The translations under genes and the position numbers were made by a program. Below, one piece after another: positions 1 to 12,604 of a DNA stretch of 64,000 nucleotides. Source of the stretch: Eledone cirrhosa (taxonomy: Eukaryota); NCBI GenBank assembly GCA_964016885.1, contig OZ024754.1, positions 14,198,001 to 14,262,000 of the forward strand, given 5' to 3'. Below the pieces are notes generated by a model that was not told where the DNA came from, did not search any database, and saw only the letters and a program-made list of their open reading frames with translations. Each line of letters starts with the position of its first letter. Within the stretch, counting starts at the first letter, position 1.

Positions 1-95
1 ATGTCAGCCACAAAAAGATTATCAGAACGATCAAATTGACATCCAGCTGGGATACCACCATAACCATCAATTTCCGGCTCACATAGAATGGCATT
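1..95 (-). CDS. DFPase/SMP-30 family gene, coding exon 2 (partial, runs off the window start)
   Basis: Minus strand ttttaacAG|NAILCEPEIDGYGGIPAGCQFDRSDNLFVADM. Closely resembles the squid DFPase segment (…CKPEVNGYGGIPAGCQCD…LFVADM). Phase 0, compatible with the exon at 5826-5999. Confidence 0.9.
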
Positions 96-299
96 CTGTT
101 AAAAGATATATCATATATGGTTAGAAGCAGAATCAATATACATTATTCATTTGCTGCTGCAAGCCTTACATAGTATAATTCTTTCTGCACCAGTCCACCC
201 TGGAAAGTAGTTATTAGGGAGCTGTGCTGCTGACAACGAAGTTCTTGTCATCGCTAGTAATAATAATAATAATAATGAAATTATTGTGTAGAGTGCTCA

Positions 300-1420
300 G
301 GTGCATTACAACTCATCAAAGGTGCATGTATAGTACAAAGAATAATGTACAAATGTCAGGAAAATGAACAGTGTATGAGTCATGATATACATGTGTGGAT
401 GAGTATGGAGGGGGATATTAGGTGTAGTGTTGGTGAATTTCAGGAAGCATCGAGGTTTTAAAGTATGCAGTGTCTCGACTGTTAATAACTGATGCAGGTA
501 GTTTGTTCCATGCTTCAGCAACTCTGAGCGTGAACAAATGTTTCCGAAAGTCATTGGAACTGTGCTGTTTTCTGACTTTGTAGGCGTGCCCACATGCGTT
601 AGACACATGGAATTCAAAAAAGTGCTCAGGGTTGTTGTTAGCAAGATGGTTAATAATTTTGTGGGTGTTTACCAAGTCAGTTGCCAGACGTCGGAGCTTC
701 AATGTATCCATGCCCAGGGAAGTAAGGCGTTCAGAGTATTGTAGGTGTCTGATGGAGGGTATTTACTTGGTTGCACGTCTCTGAACAGTTTCCAAGAGGT
801 CAATGCACTGAGCAAGATAGGGGTTCCAGACTGGTGATGCAAATTCTAAGTGTGGCCACACCATAGCGATATACAGCTTTAAATAGATAGCTGGAGAGCG
901 GCTGACAACGGTCTTGCTGAGGGATGCTAAGACACCCTCGGCCTTCTTAACAATTTTAGAGATGTGCTTTCATCATCATCATCATGATGCCTAGGTCACG
1001 TTCACAAGAAGACTTCTTGATATCAGTGTTGTGGAGGGAGTATGTGGATGCTGGGTTTTTTCTCCCAAAATTCTTGTCTACAGCCAGCTTAAGTTGCCAG
1101 TCTGTAAGCCATTGCTGCATTGTGTCCAGGTCTGATTGCAGGCAAGATCTATAGTGTTCAGGATCTGTCCTCTTTATCTCAAGGTATAGCTTGATGTCAT
1201 CTGCATATTTCAGCACTGTGGCATTCTTTAAGTTGGCATCTATGTCATTAATATATGCAACAAACAAAAGGGGACCAAGAACAGATCCCTGTGGTACACC
1301 AGATGATATCTCATAGGGTGAAGAATGCTGTCCTAGAACTGTGACTTTCTCTTTTCGACTGAGAATGAAGGATTTCAACCAGTTAAAAAGATTATCTTTT
1401 ACACCCATTGCAGAGAGTTC
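300..1420 (-). mobile_element. Degenerate CR1/L2-type LINE, 3' part of reverse transcriptase, in the DFPase intron
   Basis: GVPQGSVLGPLLF, YADDIK, ERDLG and FTLRVAEAWNKLP motifs in broken frames. Confidence 0.85.
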
Positions 1421-1436
1421 TGCATCTTCTTATTCT

Positions 1437-1473
1437 TTTTTCTGATGATAGACTAGCGTCTGAAACGTTAAGA
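1437..1473 (+). ncRNA. Minimal type-I hammerhead ribozyme motif
   Basis: tttt CTGATGA t agac-tagc-gtct GAAAC GTT aaga. Loopless palindromic stem III (dimer type); stem I is weak. Confidence 0.6.
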
Positions 1474-1627
1474 CCTTCTTCCTGCTATTTCAAGCGTTAA
1501 CCTAACATATTCCTTCCATATACTGTACTGATTGTGTTATTTCTGTTTACCTTTTACATATATATATATACACCCTTGCAAGCAGGAAAAAGCCGACGTA
1601 AAATGATGATGATACATATACATACAT

Positions 1628-1644
<17 letters not shown>

Positions 1645-1662
<18 letters not shown>

Positions 1663-2079
1663 GAATAGAATGAAACGGAATTTCATTTCTCACTCTTAGT
1701 CCGGCACTTACTTAAATGTAAGTATGTATGTATACGTACATACATATATGTATACAGACGTACAGTAGTATGTATATATATACATACATGCACACATATA
1801 TATACATGCACACATATGTACTAGTTTAAAGCTTATTAGCTTGAAACACTGTACGGCATAATTCGGGCTGTTTGTTTGTTTACAAACAAACAAACCGAGC
1901 ATTATAATAAATGTTCGGTAAACCGATACGTGCATATATATATGTGTGCATGTATGTATATATATACATGCTACTGTACGTCTGAATACATATATGTATG
2001 TACGTATACATACATACATACTTACATTTAAATAACTGCCGTACTAAGAGTGAGAAATGGAATTCCGTTTCATTCTATT
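1645..2079. repeat. Imperfect inverted repeat (about 160-bp arms) belonging to a hammerhead-bearing repeat
   Basis: 1646-1812 is the reverse complement of about 1931-2079. The spacer contains an inverted piece of the hammerhead at 2207-2249. Spacer and arm pieces recur at 2290-2374 and 2721-2823. Confidence 0.8.
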
Positions 2080-2206
2080 CCATTTATCGTTTTCGGTGCG
2101 CCCGGCCGACTGAACTCACTCGATATGCAAATTAGGCTGCTCAGCCGTTAATATGCATAAGGAAAGTATATACTTTCAGACGTTCAACCATCTGGCAGGA
2201 AGGTAT

Positions 2207-2249
2207 ACGATGCTGACGATAGCTAATAAGCTTGAAACTAGTACATCGT
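2207..2249 (+). ncRNA. Minimal type-I hammerhead ribozyme, canonical core
   Basis: acgatg CTGACGA t agct-aata-agct t GAAAC TA GTA catcgt. Perfect 6-bp stem I; predicted cleavage after GUA at 2243. Confidence 0.85.
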
Positions 2250-2374
2250 TCCTGTGTCAGTGTTGAACAAAAAGGTGACGTGGTTGCCTAAACACTGTAC
2301 GGCGTAATTCGGGCTGTTTGTTTGTTTACACACAAACAAACCGAGCATTATAATAAATGTTCGGTAAACCGATA

Positions 2375-2715
2375 CATCATCATCATCATTCATCATCATT
2401 TTACGTCCGCTTTTCCCTGCTTGCAAGGGTGGGACGGGTCTTATTCAGCACAGCATCTCTCCACTCGTCACGGTCCCTTGTCATCTCCACCGTGAGCTTC
2501 AATGATCTGAGGTCTGTTCTCACCACCTCCGCCCATGTTTTTTGTGGTCTACCTCTACCACGTCTTCCTTCAACTGGCAATTCCTGGCACTTCTTCACCC
2601 ATCGGTCATCCTCCATGCGCATCACATGTCCTTACCACCTCAGTCTCCTCTCCCGTACACTACATTCTATCCCTTTCAGACACAGTTTCTCTCTCAACAC
2701 ATTTATGCTGGGTCG
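2375..2715 (-). mobile_element. RTE-clade LINE 3' end
   Basis: RMEDDRWVKKC…GRRGRGRPQKTW…DRDEWR followed by an (ATG)n tail. Confidence 0.75.
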
Positions 2716-2859
2716 TTCACGATACGTGCATATATATATGTGTGCATGTATGTATATATATGTACATACTACTGTACGTCTGTATACATATATGTATGTA
2801 CGTATACATACATACTTACATTTATATATATATATATCTATATATATATATATATGTCC

Positions 2860-3460
2860 TAGAACCGTGACTCTTCAACTGAGAATGAAGGACTTCAACC
2901 AGTTAAATAGATCATCTTTCTTCACACCCATTGCAGAGAGTTTTGCTATAAGTCTTTTGTGTGACACAGAATTAAAAGCCTTAGCAAAGTCAAGGTAAAC
3001 AACATGCACCCATGAGCTGCCATCAGTGATCCGGGTGATGTCTTCAAGAAACTTGATAAGTTGATCGCAGCAGCTGGAGTTAGGGATAAATCCAAATTGC
3101 GAGGGTTGGATAAGACTGAGAATTCCAGAAGTTCCAGAGTGTTTCTCTGACACAGGATTCCATCAGTTTGGCAATGCAGCTAGTAAGACTGATTGGACAA
3201 TAGTTGACAGGTGACATGCGGTCACCCTTTTTGAACAGAGGAATGACACTGGCAGTTTTCCACCGTTCTGGAGTAGCATCATTGTTCAGACAGAATTGAA
3301 AGAAGAGTGATAGCTGGTGTAGAAGGAAGTACCCACCATGTTTAAGAAGCAGGTACGTAACACCATCAAGACCAGGAGAGGCATAGTTGTGTTTATTCTT
3401 AAGGTGATGCAGCATTGCAGGTGTAAACTCCATAGTTGTTATAGAATTTCATGTCAGTGA
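2860..3460 (-). mobile_element. Degenerate CR1/L2-type LINE, upstream RT part
   Basis: SPGLDG, NYCPISLTS, QFGF and YLDFAKAFNSV motifs. 2881-2942 repeats 1361-1420. Confidence 0.85.
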
Positions 3461-3699
3461 CTTGCCTACCAAGGTATTAGGCAATACTAGCAAGGGTGCT
3501 TTGTTATTCCAGTGCTTTATCCTGCTGTCACCCACGGTAACGCTGAGTTTATTGGCTTACCTCAAAAATTATTAGAGGGAGGCTCCGCCATCACTTTGTT
3601 TTCCTTATTACCCCCCCCCCCCTTTTTTTTTAGTACTGTATGTATCTGCATATTCTTACACTTATTAAATAAGCTAAATACTTCTTTCTCTCTCTCTCT

Positions 3700-3736
<37 letters not shown>

Positions 3737-4511
3737 CTGGATGGGGGTCATCCCCCCGCCCCCAGTAATTATATTTTTCTCCCCAAAATATCAAAACACC
3801 TCTATTTGTAGAAACGCTACAGTTTATGTACATGTTATGTTTATCACATATCAAAGTATTTTTTATATCTTAATCGATGTTTGATAATAACACCGAAACT
3901 AATCACAATCACCCGAAACTAATCACTGCGAGTGTGCTGGCTTGCCTCAAAAATCATTAGAGAGGTTGCCCAGTACTCGCGACGTTGCTGTCTTTTGCTC
4001 TGGTGTTGGCTCTCCGTTGTACACTCCTTCCTTTATATTTTCTTTAATATTACAACATTAAAGGAATATATCCTTCTGAAAGAATCGCGAGCAATTTATG
4101 TTGTCTAAGCATTTGTAATGTTATTTATATATATATTTAAAACATATTTGTTATGTTATTCTACTGTAAATTTATTTATATGCTTTGTATATATCATATG
4201 AGTTTATATTTTCACTCCCATTTGTAACGTTATTTAATTTAATAAAATTTATAATGTTATTTAAGCATTTGTAGTATTATTCATGTATATATTTAAAACA
4301 TATTTGTTATGTTTGTAAATTTGTTTATAGGCTTTGTATATTAATTGTATTTATTTATATTTTCGTTCTGAAATGAATTATAAACAATTTGTAATGTTAT
4401 TTATACAACTCTGAATAAAACTTTTCCCCAAGCTGAGTTATATCCGTAATCTAGCTAGCTAAGTAAAAAAAAATCTAAATTGACCAAATTTGTTGCCCGC
4501 CCGTATTTGTG

Positions 4512-4542
<31 letters not shown>

Positions 4543-5825
4543 CATCATCATCGTTTAACGTCCATCTTCCACGCTAGCATGGGTCTGCTCTACGGTTCTT
4601 ATATATTTGATATATAATTATCCTTATCGAGCCCTCGTTGGATTTTAGTCTTCAAATTTATTATTATTACTATAATTTATATATGATAAACGTAGGAAAA
4701 TTAACTAAGAAAGTACGAGACAACGAACGAAAAACAATTTTTTAAGGGGAAACCTTAAAAATAAAAATACAAACGAAAGACACGTCATCAGCCGTGGAGA
4801 TGGACTTTGGTCCACCCAGGGTCACGGCGTCGGACTTAAGCCGAAGCGCTGTACGGTGGAGTAAGAGACGAGAGACAAAACAGTAACTTATAGCAAGTGA
4901 ATGGCAGAGAATTTCGCTGAACCCTAATAGTAAGATTCCTTTTGATTGAGTCATAAACGTTAAATAACCTAATTTCTCTTATATCTAACAAATATAAGAC
5001 TTTAATCCCTATTGAAGAAACTTTAACTTAATATGAAAGTCTAAATAGGTCGTGATTTCTAACAAAGCCAGCAATTTGGGTGGCCGGGGAATCAATTATA
5101 TGGACTTCATAACTTAATCGGTACTTTATTTAATCAACCTCGGAAGGATAAAAAGTTTCTAATAGATAATACAATCCCTAATCGATAATCTGGGTACCTC
5201 TTTCCCGTGTAAATGTTAACAGGGTCGCCTCCCGTAAACATTTAGTTCTCCATCTGTTTAATCAAGTGCATATATTTTCGCTGTGGATTTAATCTGCATT
5301 CTTAACTACGAAAAAACGTAACAGAATCGACGTAAGTAAATTAAATAAATCAGATAGATGTATCATGTATTTTCCACAATACTAAACGGTAAAATAGTAA
5401 CTTTTGTTCTCGTAGTATGTTGATATAAAGTATTTACTCACAGTTGTATAAATAACATTACAAATTATTTACAAAATATAAAATATTCACACAAATAAAA
5501 TATACAATACTTTATTTAAGTAATTCGCATAAAAATATAAAATCAAAACGAAAAAATAATATTGTTGCGGCTTACGGCAATGTTTTTTTTTACCGGCTTT
5601 CATTTTTAGTGTGTGAAATATATAACCTGCAAACCGGATTTTTGAATCGCAGCAAGATCGACTTTATTTCACTCGCTCCATTAATGTACAATGTTAGGTA
5701 AGGACAAACACCACGTCCTATTTCTCACCCATCCTAGAACAATGTGCACGATGTTTATGTAACGAGAAAGACAAATTTTAAAAAAGCTTTTAAATGGTAA
5801 CAGCCTATTTTTTTTTTTCACTTAC

Positions 5826-5999
5826 TTTGCTAGTATTCAAATTGACACATAATACTTGGCCAGCTGGTTTACCATTTTTTTCTGCTTCAGGGGCAACAAC
5901 ATAAAAACAACCTGTAGTGTCAAAGACAGGTCCTTCTGATCCAGGAATATCAGATGCTACTTTCTGAAATAGAGGTTCTTCTACGGGTACATTTTCCAT
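5826..5999 (-). CDS. DFPase (diisopropyl-fluorophosphatase)-like six-bladed beta-propeller, coding exon 1
   Basis: ATG at 5999, MENVPVEEPLFQKVASDIPGSEGPVFDTTGCFYVVAPEAEKNGKPAGQVLCVNLNTSK|GTAAGT. Resembles the squid DFPase N-terminus, including the EGP motif with the Ca-binding Glu. Confidence 0.9.
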
Positions 6000-7048
6000 C
6001 TTTTCACGCACCTGCCGTTTGTTGCTTTGATTATACACACTTTCTATACATCGATCTAGTTCCGTGTATATATACACTTTCGTATTATCACCGCCCTCCC
6101 CTTGGCTCCACTGTTTACTCCTCCCCCCCATCCTCTCTCTCTCTCTCACACACATTTTCTCTTTCTATCTCTTTTTATTACTTTTTTTGTCACATTTCAG
6201 TCTTCGCTCATTCTTCTCCCTTTTCAACCCCTTCTCTCTCGCTCTTCAAACTTATTCCCTCCGTAAACTAGTAATAATTTTCTCTTTATAAAAAAATAAG
6301 AAAGAGCGAGTGAGAGAGAATTATTACTAGTGCACAACCCATTATTTTACGGACAGAATAAATATTATTCGGTTTAATGTTTTGTGTATTATGAACAAAG
6401 ACACACCCCGTCATGTCTTTTTAGGGCTATATTATCTGACTTTTAAAACAGTAGGGCGTTATTTTAGGAAGATTTGGCTTCTATTTTTAGCATGTCATGT
6501 TACCGCATATAGCAGAATTTTTTCAAAATTGTCCCGCATTGGAATGGTCATCCGTCGGTTTCGATGATGAGTGTTCTAGTTGTTCGAACAACGGAACAGC
6601 TTGCTTGTGAAATTAATGTGTAAATGAGCATTTCACAAACACGTGTACCCTTAACGTAATTCCTGGGGATATTCAGCATGACAGGTTGGTCATTGTATGA
6701 CAAGGTACAGCCCAATTGCCGGGCTTCTAAACAAGACATGGGTCAACTTGAAGCTATGGTGTATAACACTCGCCCATCACGCCACTAATTGGAATCGAAC
6801 CAGGGACAAGTTTACGAAGCAAACGTCTTAACCACTTCGCCATAGTGAGTTCACAACGGTGTCACTTAAGTGTCACAAGTTTTTGAAGTAGGTAAACTAC
6901 TGTTAATGCATTGCACCAGTGCATGTATATTTCTCTGCGGCAAAGGGCAGTACAGGCAAGCATCTTTATTTTAAAACAATATTAATATTCATTAAAAAGA
7001 TATATATAAATCTTTTTAAAAGCTGATGGTCTGCTGTAAGTTTAAGTG

Positions 7049-7192
7049 CAGACATGGGCAACCTTTTTCGAGCAGTGGGCTGCATAGGATATGGACCATC
7101 ATAAGGTCGCACTACTAAAAGAAATTCAAGGCAATTTTAGGATTAGACGTGCCATTCAAAAAGCCAAATGGGCCGCAGTTTGCCCATGACTC
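7049..7192. mobile_element. hAT (Charlie/MER5-like) MITE
   Basis: Ends CAGACATGGGCAAC…GTTTGCCCATGACTC. Near-perfect 8-bp TSD tttaagtg/ttttagtg. A partial copy lies at about 16869-16908. Confidence 0.65.
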
Positions 7193-7677
7193 TTTTAGTG
7201 CCTTATTTAATGTGATGTCTACTGAAAAAAGTTGAAAATAATTGATGTAGGAGATTCGAAACTTCTGGCATTCTCGGTTCTTGCTTCATCTCCTTACAGC
7301 TATCAAGGCGGAGTTGGTTACCTGAGCTAGGGCCTACTTAATTAACAGGTTTAGCTTGGTGTGGAAGGTGAAACGACCAGTATTCAGGCAGCAGGATAAA
7401 CCACGCAGGCCTGTGGAGTTTAGGGACCTACCACAGCAACATCGCAGACCCCAGAGACATCATTGGCTTCAGCGTGCAATGGAGATGTGGATTTCATTCT
7501 GACTGAAAAGACCACCAATGTTGGCCACAGGGGCAGGGCATCAATTGAGTCCCCTGCCCACCTGGACTGGTCACAAATATTTTTGCCCAGTCCAAGAATC
7601 AAACTCGCAATGTCACGATTGCGTATAACCACTAAGAATTTTCGTGTTGAAATCCACTGTTTTGATGAGTTTTGTTG

Positions 7678-7800
7678 GATCAAGACATTCCCCATACTGG
7701 TGTCAAGACATTCCCCATACCGGTGTCAAGACATTCCCCATACCGGTGTCAAGACATCCCCCATACCGGTGTCAAGACATCCCCCATACTGGTGTCAAGA
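7678..7800. repeat. 23-bp minisatellite, about 5 copies
   Basis: Unit ggtgtcaagacattccccatacc. Confidence 0.9.
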
Positions 7801-8890
7801 AATTTTATTCCACCAGTTTATTTGTAGCAAAGCCTCTGAGAAATCTAATATATTTAGGTTATTTTTTTTTTAAACTCCACTTTACAATGAAGGAGCCTCA
7901 ATGTGGTGATTTGATTTGCTAGAAATAAGAGTGAAATCTGTCAAATCATCTTTAAAAAAAAAGGACTTAATCAGAGTTTATTTGTTGTTAAACAGCATCA
8001 ACTTTACCTAACATTTCAGTTCTACCTGAAATGTTAGACTTCTGCTCAAAACAATAAAAACTGCCACTCTTTTCAAGACTAACTTATAAAAAAAAAAATC
8101 ATCATTTATACATCATGTCCCCTTTTCCATGCCATCAAGGGTTGAAAGGGATGTTCTGAGACAGTACTGACTTTGTCTCTATAGACCTATCCAACCCTTG
8201 ATAGCAGAAAAAGCAGTCATTAAAACGATGATGATTTTCCTATTCCATAAAACTGACTTTTATTGAAGACTAGCATTAAAGCCCGGCATTGCTCGGGGTC
8301 AGTAAGTTACCAAAGTTAGGTTGCACCACCCATTTTATGGCAGCACTTTTTTGTCTGCCAGGCACTGGGTGAATGAATTGCAGACCTGGACTGCCGAAGC
8401 AGGAGCTGCGCCAGCAGTGACAATTGTAGTTTCGCCTATGGATATTATCTCTGTGCAAAGAAGTGTTGAAATTTATTGTTTCACAGTACTTGCGCAACAC
8501 ACGCGTAGACGATGCCAGCCGAACAACAGAGCTGTGGTGGAGTTGTTCTGCATGGTTGTCTAATGTGTGTTTTCTAAATTTAAGACAGTAGGGAGGGGTG
8601 TGATATGGGGGAGAGTTAGCTGCTGTTTCTAGCAGGTTTAGTGACCTCATAGAGGATATTATTGTGTATAGTAAATGAACTGATACTTCTTTCTTCCACG
8701 TTCGTTGATAGATGTTTTAAAAAAGATTTATCGCTATTTTTGTTGTTGTTGAATAAATTTATCTGTTGCTTTTGAATAATTGTTGTTTCGTATGAAATGT
8801 AATGTTCTCTTTGTCATTGAAGTAAATAAATGTTTGACCGTTCCACACTCAAAAACAAACGTTCTCTCTCCCTCTCAAAGTTTGTAAGTT

Positions 8891-9396
8891 TAATCATCAT
8901 CATCATTATCTATAAAAAGCAGATTGTTGTTGTTGTGTGTGTGTGCGTGCATGTTCCATGTTTATACATTTGCACAATTTCAAACCGATTTGACTCAAAG
9001 TCAGTAAGAATGTTGGAAATGGTCTAACTTAGGTCAACGACTATTTATTTCATTAAACACACCCACAATTACGGAAATAATCGATAAAACTCAATACATG
9101 ACGCTTAAAATTCGATAAAACTACATACATGCTGCAACTTTCTCTGATGAAGGGGAGTAGAGAGAGGTAATCTGATTGTATTAGAGGGGTAAAGCGTCAT
9201 GTATTTAGTTTTATCGATTATTTCCGTAATTCTGGGCAAGTTTGAATGAAATAAATAGTCGGACCTAAGTTAGTCCATTTACAACATTCTTACAGACTTT
9301 GAGTCGAATCGGTTTGAAATTGTGCAAATGTATAAACATGGAACATGCACACACACACAACAACAACAATCTGCCTTTTATAGATAATGATGATTA
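8891..9396. repeat. Diverged inverted repeat, about 210-bp arms and 85-bp spacer
   Basis: 8891-9106 is the reverse complement of 9192-9396, with scattered mismatches. Confidence 0.85.
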
Positions 9397-9638
9397 GCTT
9401 TTAAAAATTCTCATTAAAATCACCTACAATAGATTGAGGGAATACTTTTAAGAAAGCAGTATGAAACAGAGATCTGTCAGCTTATCTCCCTTTGTTTGTA
9501 GAAAAAAGAAGTGACATAGTCACTACTTTAAAACAATAGCATAAGGTCTTCAAAATGCTTTTAATTAAGCATACAGTGTATTACCAAATACACTATATAT
9601 ACATTCATATATATATATATATATAAAGTCTGTCTTAA

Positions 9639-9833
9639 CCCTTTAGCATTCACATTATTTTATATATACTATTATATTTTCATGGTAAATGGTTTATCTC
9701 ACATAATATCGAATCTGAGATTTTGAAAGTATTTATTTTGAGAACAATACCTTAACATCAGTATGAGTGACCAGTTACAGCCAGTTTCAACAGAAAGAGG
9801 TAAAGAATTCTGGCCGGTTTGAACATTAAAGGG
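9639..9833. mobile_element. piggyBac-like MITE
   Basis: TTAA|CCCTTTAGCATTCA…TGAACATTAAAGGG|TTAA. A truncated second copy at 11109-11287 sits inside a SINE. Confidence 0.75.
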
Positions 9834-10239
9834 TTAAGTCAGAAGGCTTATCCTGGCATGAAGAGACTGAGAGTACAAGACTCCCTCCTGGACAGGACAC
9901 CAGTCCATTGCAGGATTTAAATCCCAGCTATTGCTGGGACTCATTTTCAGCTGAGTATACTGGTGCAACGTGAAATGAAGTATTATATATATATGATCTA
10001 GCTATTGAAATGGCAGGAGCTCAGCCATCAGGGTCCTGAATCCTTGATATATATATAGTAATAGTAATATACGTGAACGGCAAAACATAAACGAACTAAG
10101 GGAGAAATTAGGAATAAGAGGGATCAGATGCTGTTTACTTGAGAGAAGACTACGTTGGTACGGTCACGTGATGCGCATGAAAGACGACAGCTGTATAAAA
10201 AAGTGCAGGGCGATAAAAATAGATGGTAGCCACGGAGTA

Positions 10240-10730
10240 GACAGACCCAGAAAAACCTGGGACTTGATAAATTCCGACCTCACACACTTACCTCTCTAAG
10301 ACAATGTCTCTGGACCGAGATCTTTGGCGCTACGCAGTAATACAGAAGACCCGCCTTGCCTAAGTACAAAGCGAAACCTAGTCAGTAGGCACCTCTAACA
10401 AAAATACAGGCCAGTCCCACTACCCCCACCCCATCCACACCACCCCTTTCAATGTAAAGTTATGTTGGTACCACAACATCCAGTCCAAAATAAATGAGGT
10501 TGTGTAGGTGTCACGACAAAAAAAGACAGTCCACGCTGTAATAAGGTAAAAACCTCCCAGTCCACACTGTAAACGTGGTTGGTGTTAGGAAGGGCATCCA
10601 GCCGTAGAAAACCCGCCAGACAGTCCTATACGAGCAAGACAACCAATCTTGCCTCAAGTGGGAAAACTCCCGTCCAAACCCATGCAAGCGTGGAAGATGG
10701 ACGTTAAATGGTGATGATGATGATGATGAT
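10240..10730 (+). mobile_element. RTE-type LINE/SINE 3' remnant
   Basis: RPRKTW-like coding remnant, a ggaagggcatccagccgtagaaa block and a (GAT)n tail. Confidence 0.5.
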
Positions 10731-10928
10731 ATATATATTGCAAATCATCTTCACTTTCATAACACAAGGTCTACTGGGAATTGAACTTGGGATAAGAATA
10801 CTTAAGAGTTCTATTATATTTCTGACAACGGCAACGACAACAACAGTAGGAATATATTTGTTTATTAGTAGCAATGAAAATAATATCAATCTTGCTATTA
10901 GTGGTTTGGGTGTTTAGTAATTAAAAAG

Positions 10929-11004
10929 TTAGCATTTTTCGTACACATGGTAGGTCCATTTAACATCATTTTCTTCTTGTTCGTCACTTGGTACATCCTC
11001 AACA
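10929..11004 (-). CDS. DHFR: Dihydrofolate reductase exon 6 (last)
   Basis: ttctAG|T VEDVPSDEQEENDVKWTYHVYEKC TAA. Matches the DHFR C-terminus (QEEKGIKYKFEVYEK). Confidence 0.93.
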
Positions 11005-11683
11005 CTAGAAATATCAAACAAAAGACATTTTATTAAGAAAAATATATAACAATGGTTTCTGATTTAGGCACAAGGCCAGCAGTTTTGGGGGAGGGGAAAG
11101 TTGATTAACCCTTTAGCATTTATATTACTCTATATTTACTATTGTATTTTCACGGTAAAGATTTTACCTCATTCTATCGAATCTATGAGATTTTGATATA
11201 TATTTTGAGAACAATACCTCAACCTCAGTATGAGTGGCATGTTATGACCGGTTTGAACAAAAAGAGGTGAGAAAATTCTGGCTGGTTTAAATTGAACCCA
11301 GTGTGTTACTGGTACTTTATCTTATTGACCCCGTAAAGATGAAAGACAAAGCTAACCTCGGCAGGATTTGAACTCAGAACGTAAAGGGCTATAACTCTAT
11401 GCTGCAAAGCATGGTGTTCGACACTCTACTGATTCTGCTAATTCACTGCCCTATATATATATGATAATAATAATTGTTTCTACTTTTGACACAAGGCCAG
11501 CAATCACCCAGTGTATTACTGGTACTTTATTTTATCGACCCCGTAAGGATGAAAGGCAAAGTCAACCTCGGCGGGATTTGAACTCTCAATGATGGGCTGG
11601 CGACCCACATTTATTTATATTCAGGTTTTGGCAGGGTTTCTATGGCTGTTTGTGGCATATATGATAATAATAATGATACTTAC

Positions 11684-11799
11684 TCGGTGAGTTCCTTATA
11701 ATTTTTGGATTCAAACTCTGGGAAAAAAACATCAGCATCAAATTCTTTATGTATTTTGGTGAGATAAAGGCAAACATTGTAGTCTGATTGAAGAGTTTC
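11684..11799 (-). CDS. DHFR: Dihydrofolate reductase exon 5
   Basis: 116 nt, bounded by AG and GTAAGT. ETLQSDYNVCLYLTKIHKEFDADVFFPEFESKNYKELT contains the LT.I…D.FFP motif. Confidence 0.95.
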
Positions 11800-12038
11800 C
11801 TAGTGTAAATTAAAAATAAAAATATCAGAATATTTGCCATTATTGCAGAGCACCAAAGCGCCCACACTATAAAATGGTCAGTGAAGTACCAAGTCTGTGT
11901 TTCACCACCATTGGTTCCAATAAAAGGTGTTCCAGAGGTTTTGGCAGGGTTTCATAGAAGTTACTCTACTCTCAATGATGAGCTGGGGACCCACATTTAT
12001 TTATATTCAGGTTTTGGCAGGGTTTCTATGGCTGTTTG

Positions 12039-12604
12039 TGACTCCGCTACTACCGATAATAAAGACTGAAATAGCTAACGATACTAAACTTACCTGATAA
12101 ACTCCACTACTACCGATAATAAAGACTAAAATAGCTAACGATACTAAACTTACCTGATAGACTCCGCTACTACTGATAATAAAGACTGAAATAGCTAACG
12201 ATACTAAACTTACCTGATAGACTCCACTACTACCGATAATAAAGACTGAAATAGCTAACGATACTAAACTTACCTGATAGACTCCACTACTACCGATAAT
12301 AAAGACTGAAATAGCTAACGAGACTAAACTTACCTGATAGACTCCACTACTACCGATAATAAAGACTGAAATAGCTAACGATACTAAACTTACCTGATAG
12401 ACTCCACTACTACCGATAATAAAGACTGAAATAGCTAACGATACTAAACTTACCTGATAGACTCCACTACTACTGATAATAAAGACTGAAATAGCTAACG
12501 ATACTAAACTTACCTGATAGACTCCACTACTACTGATAATAAAGACTGAAATAGCTAACGATACTAAACTTACCTGATAGACTGCGCTACCGCCAATAAT
12601 AAAG
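12039..12604 (-). repeat. 60-bp tandem repeat spanning the DHFR exon-4/intron-4 boundary (about 9.5 copies)
   Basis: Unit GTAAGTTTAGTATCGTTAGCTATTTCAG TCTTTATTATCGGTAGTAGTGGAGTCTATCAG. CAG|GTAAGT occurs at 12573, 12513 and so on every 60 bp down to 12093. Confidence 0.95.

Noticed and set aside
8276-8650. Short ORFs of complex sequence
   Set aside because: No recognisable homology or convincing splice context.
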